Shown piece by piece: positions 63,493 through 64,000 of a stretch of 64,000 bases of DNA (positions are counted from its first letter, which is position 1; each line of letters opens with the position of its first letter). The stretch comes from Candidatus Aenigmatarchaeota archaeon (GTDB lineage: Archaea; Aenigmatarchaeota; Aenigmatarchaeia; JACPZZ01). The notes beneath the pieces were generated by a model. The model did not search any database. It was given only the letters and a program-made list of their open reading frames with translations, and had not been told where the DNA came from. The stretch lies in contig JACPZZ010000017.1 of the NCBI GenBank assembly GCA_016195275.1, forward strand, positions 21,581 through 85,580, written 5' to 3'. The position numbers were made by a program, and so were the translations under genes.

Positions 63493-64000
63493 ATGGCAGA
63501 TCAGGAAAACATTTCCAGGCTTAGACAACGGCTTATAGAGTCTTTGTTTAATTGGGACGTGTTCGAATTCGATACGCGCCTGTCGCCGGACTGGGTAGTT
63601 CACCCATTTTTCATGAGGCTGGGAAGGGCGCTTGGAACAGGAAAAAGGTTAAGAACGCTGCGCGATGTTTACAGACAATTGGTTCTGGATAACATCCGCG
63701 AAGATCCTGATTTCGTTTACGGCCCAGCGTATAAGGGCATCCCTCTAGCAGCGCTGACAGCAATGGCTATTGGCGAAGACGATTCAACCAAACCGGTCAG
63801 CTACGGCTTTAATCTTCCGGGAGGCGCGACAAGAAGGGTACAAGATGTCATAACCGATGGAAATTACATTACCGATGTAAGCTCCACATTTCGTGCATGG
63901 GTGCCGTTTAGTGAAGTTGATAATTCCAAAAAACTGAGAGAATGGGCAACATACGCTGCGCAGACGTGGCACCACAATTACAACGTGGAACCTCACCACA
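63493..64000 (+). CDS. orotate phosphoribosyltransferase-like (type I PRTase) protein, partial (runs off window)
   Basis: VYGPAYKGIPLAA motif characteristic of OPRTase-like PRTases; C-terminus beyond the window. Confidence 0.5.
   Translation, partial: MADQENISRLRQRLIESLFNWDVFEFDTRLSPDWVVHPFFMRLGRALGTGKRLRTLRDVYRQLVLDNIREDPDFVYGPAYKGIPLAALTAMAIGEDDSTKPVSYGFNLPGGATRRVQDVITDGNYITDVSSTFRAWVPFSEVDNSKKLREWATYAAQTWHHNYNVEPHH

Noticed and set aside
1-64000. CRISPR array / cas genes
   Set aside because: No array of regularly spaced short direct repeats was found. The recurring element in the island has irregular spacing of several to about 10 kb and no spacer-like organisation, and no Cas protein signatures were seen.

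Overview
The window is a low-GC archaeal chromosome segment interrupted by a visibly GC-rich integrative element of about 40.9 kb at 15728-56651. The host is called archaeal because it carries intron-containing tRNAs, a tRNA-Tyr with the C1:G72 pair, ribosomal protein L40e, an RFC small subunit, an Ogg2-type glycosylase and Orc1/Cdc6.

Host flanks:
- Left flank (1-15700): pdhA, lipA, a Nif3-like gene, a metal-homeostasis cluster (multicopper oxidase-ZIP operon with a divergent DtxR/MntR regulator), trxB, a redoxin, ogg, mgtE, and two minus-strand tRNA genes.
- tRNA-Tyr(GUA) carries two introns and tRNA-Pro(UGG) carries one. The 56-nt T-loop intron of tRNA-Tyr and the 56-nt anticodon-loop intron of tRNA-Pro are clearly homologous.
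- Between tRNA-Pro and the island sits a small toxin-antitoxin patch: a Doc toxin, a Doc pseudogene fragment and a HEPN/MNT pair.
- Right flank (56650-64000): purD, L40e, an HtpX protease, an AK6-like kinase, rfcS and a partial PRTase-like gene.

The island is bounded by 21-bp direct repeats identical to the 3' end of a tRNA-Thr(GGU). That tRNA has a non-canonical intron in its anticodon stem. A tyrosine integrase sits next to the intact tRNA.

Island cargo:
- Replication and mobility: an Orc1/Cdc6 initiator plus a degenerate Walker-A-less Cdc6 paralog, a large serine recombinase flanked by decayed ORFs, and an IS4/IS701-like insertion sequence.
- Regulation: an orphan histidine kinase/receiver pair next to a MalT-like STAND ATPase with TPR repeats and a C-terminal SARP DNA-binding module.
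- Candidate defence cargo: a second NACHT-like NTPase with HEAT-like repeats, a PNP/MTAN-family nucleosidase fused to an unknown domain, an AbiEi/AbiEii module, and a beta-class DNA methyltransferase.
- Uncharacterised clusters: a 7-gene operon ending in a FtsK/HerA-like ATPase with three paralogous Cys-rich proteins, and a retropepsin-like protease paired with a 556-aa protein showing one squalene-cyclase/prenyltransferase-type repeat match.
- Repeats and duplications: a duplicated two-gene Zn-binding cassette, and a structured ~40-80-nt element present six times in one orientation with compensatory substitutions.
- A degenerate tRNA-like sequence lies just inside attL.

No CRISPR array or rRNA was seen. 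All protein calls rest on motifs read by eye from the translations, with no database searches.
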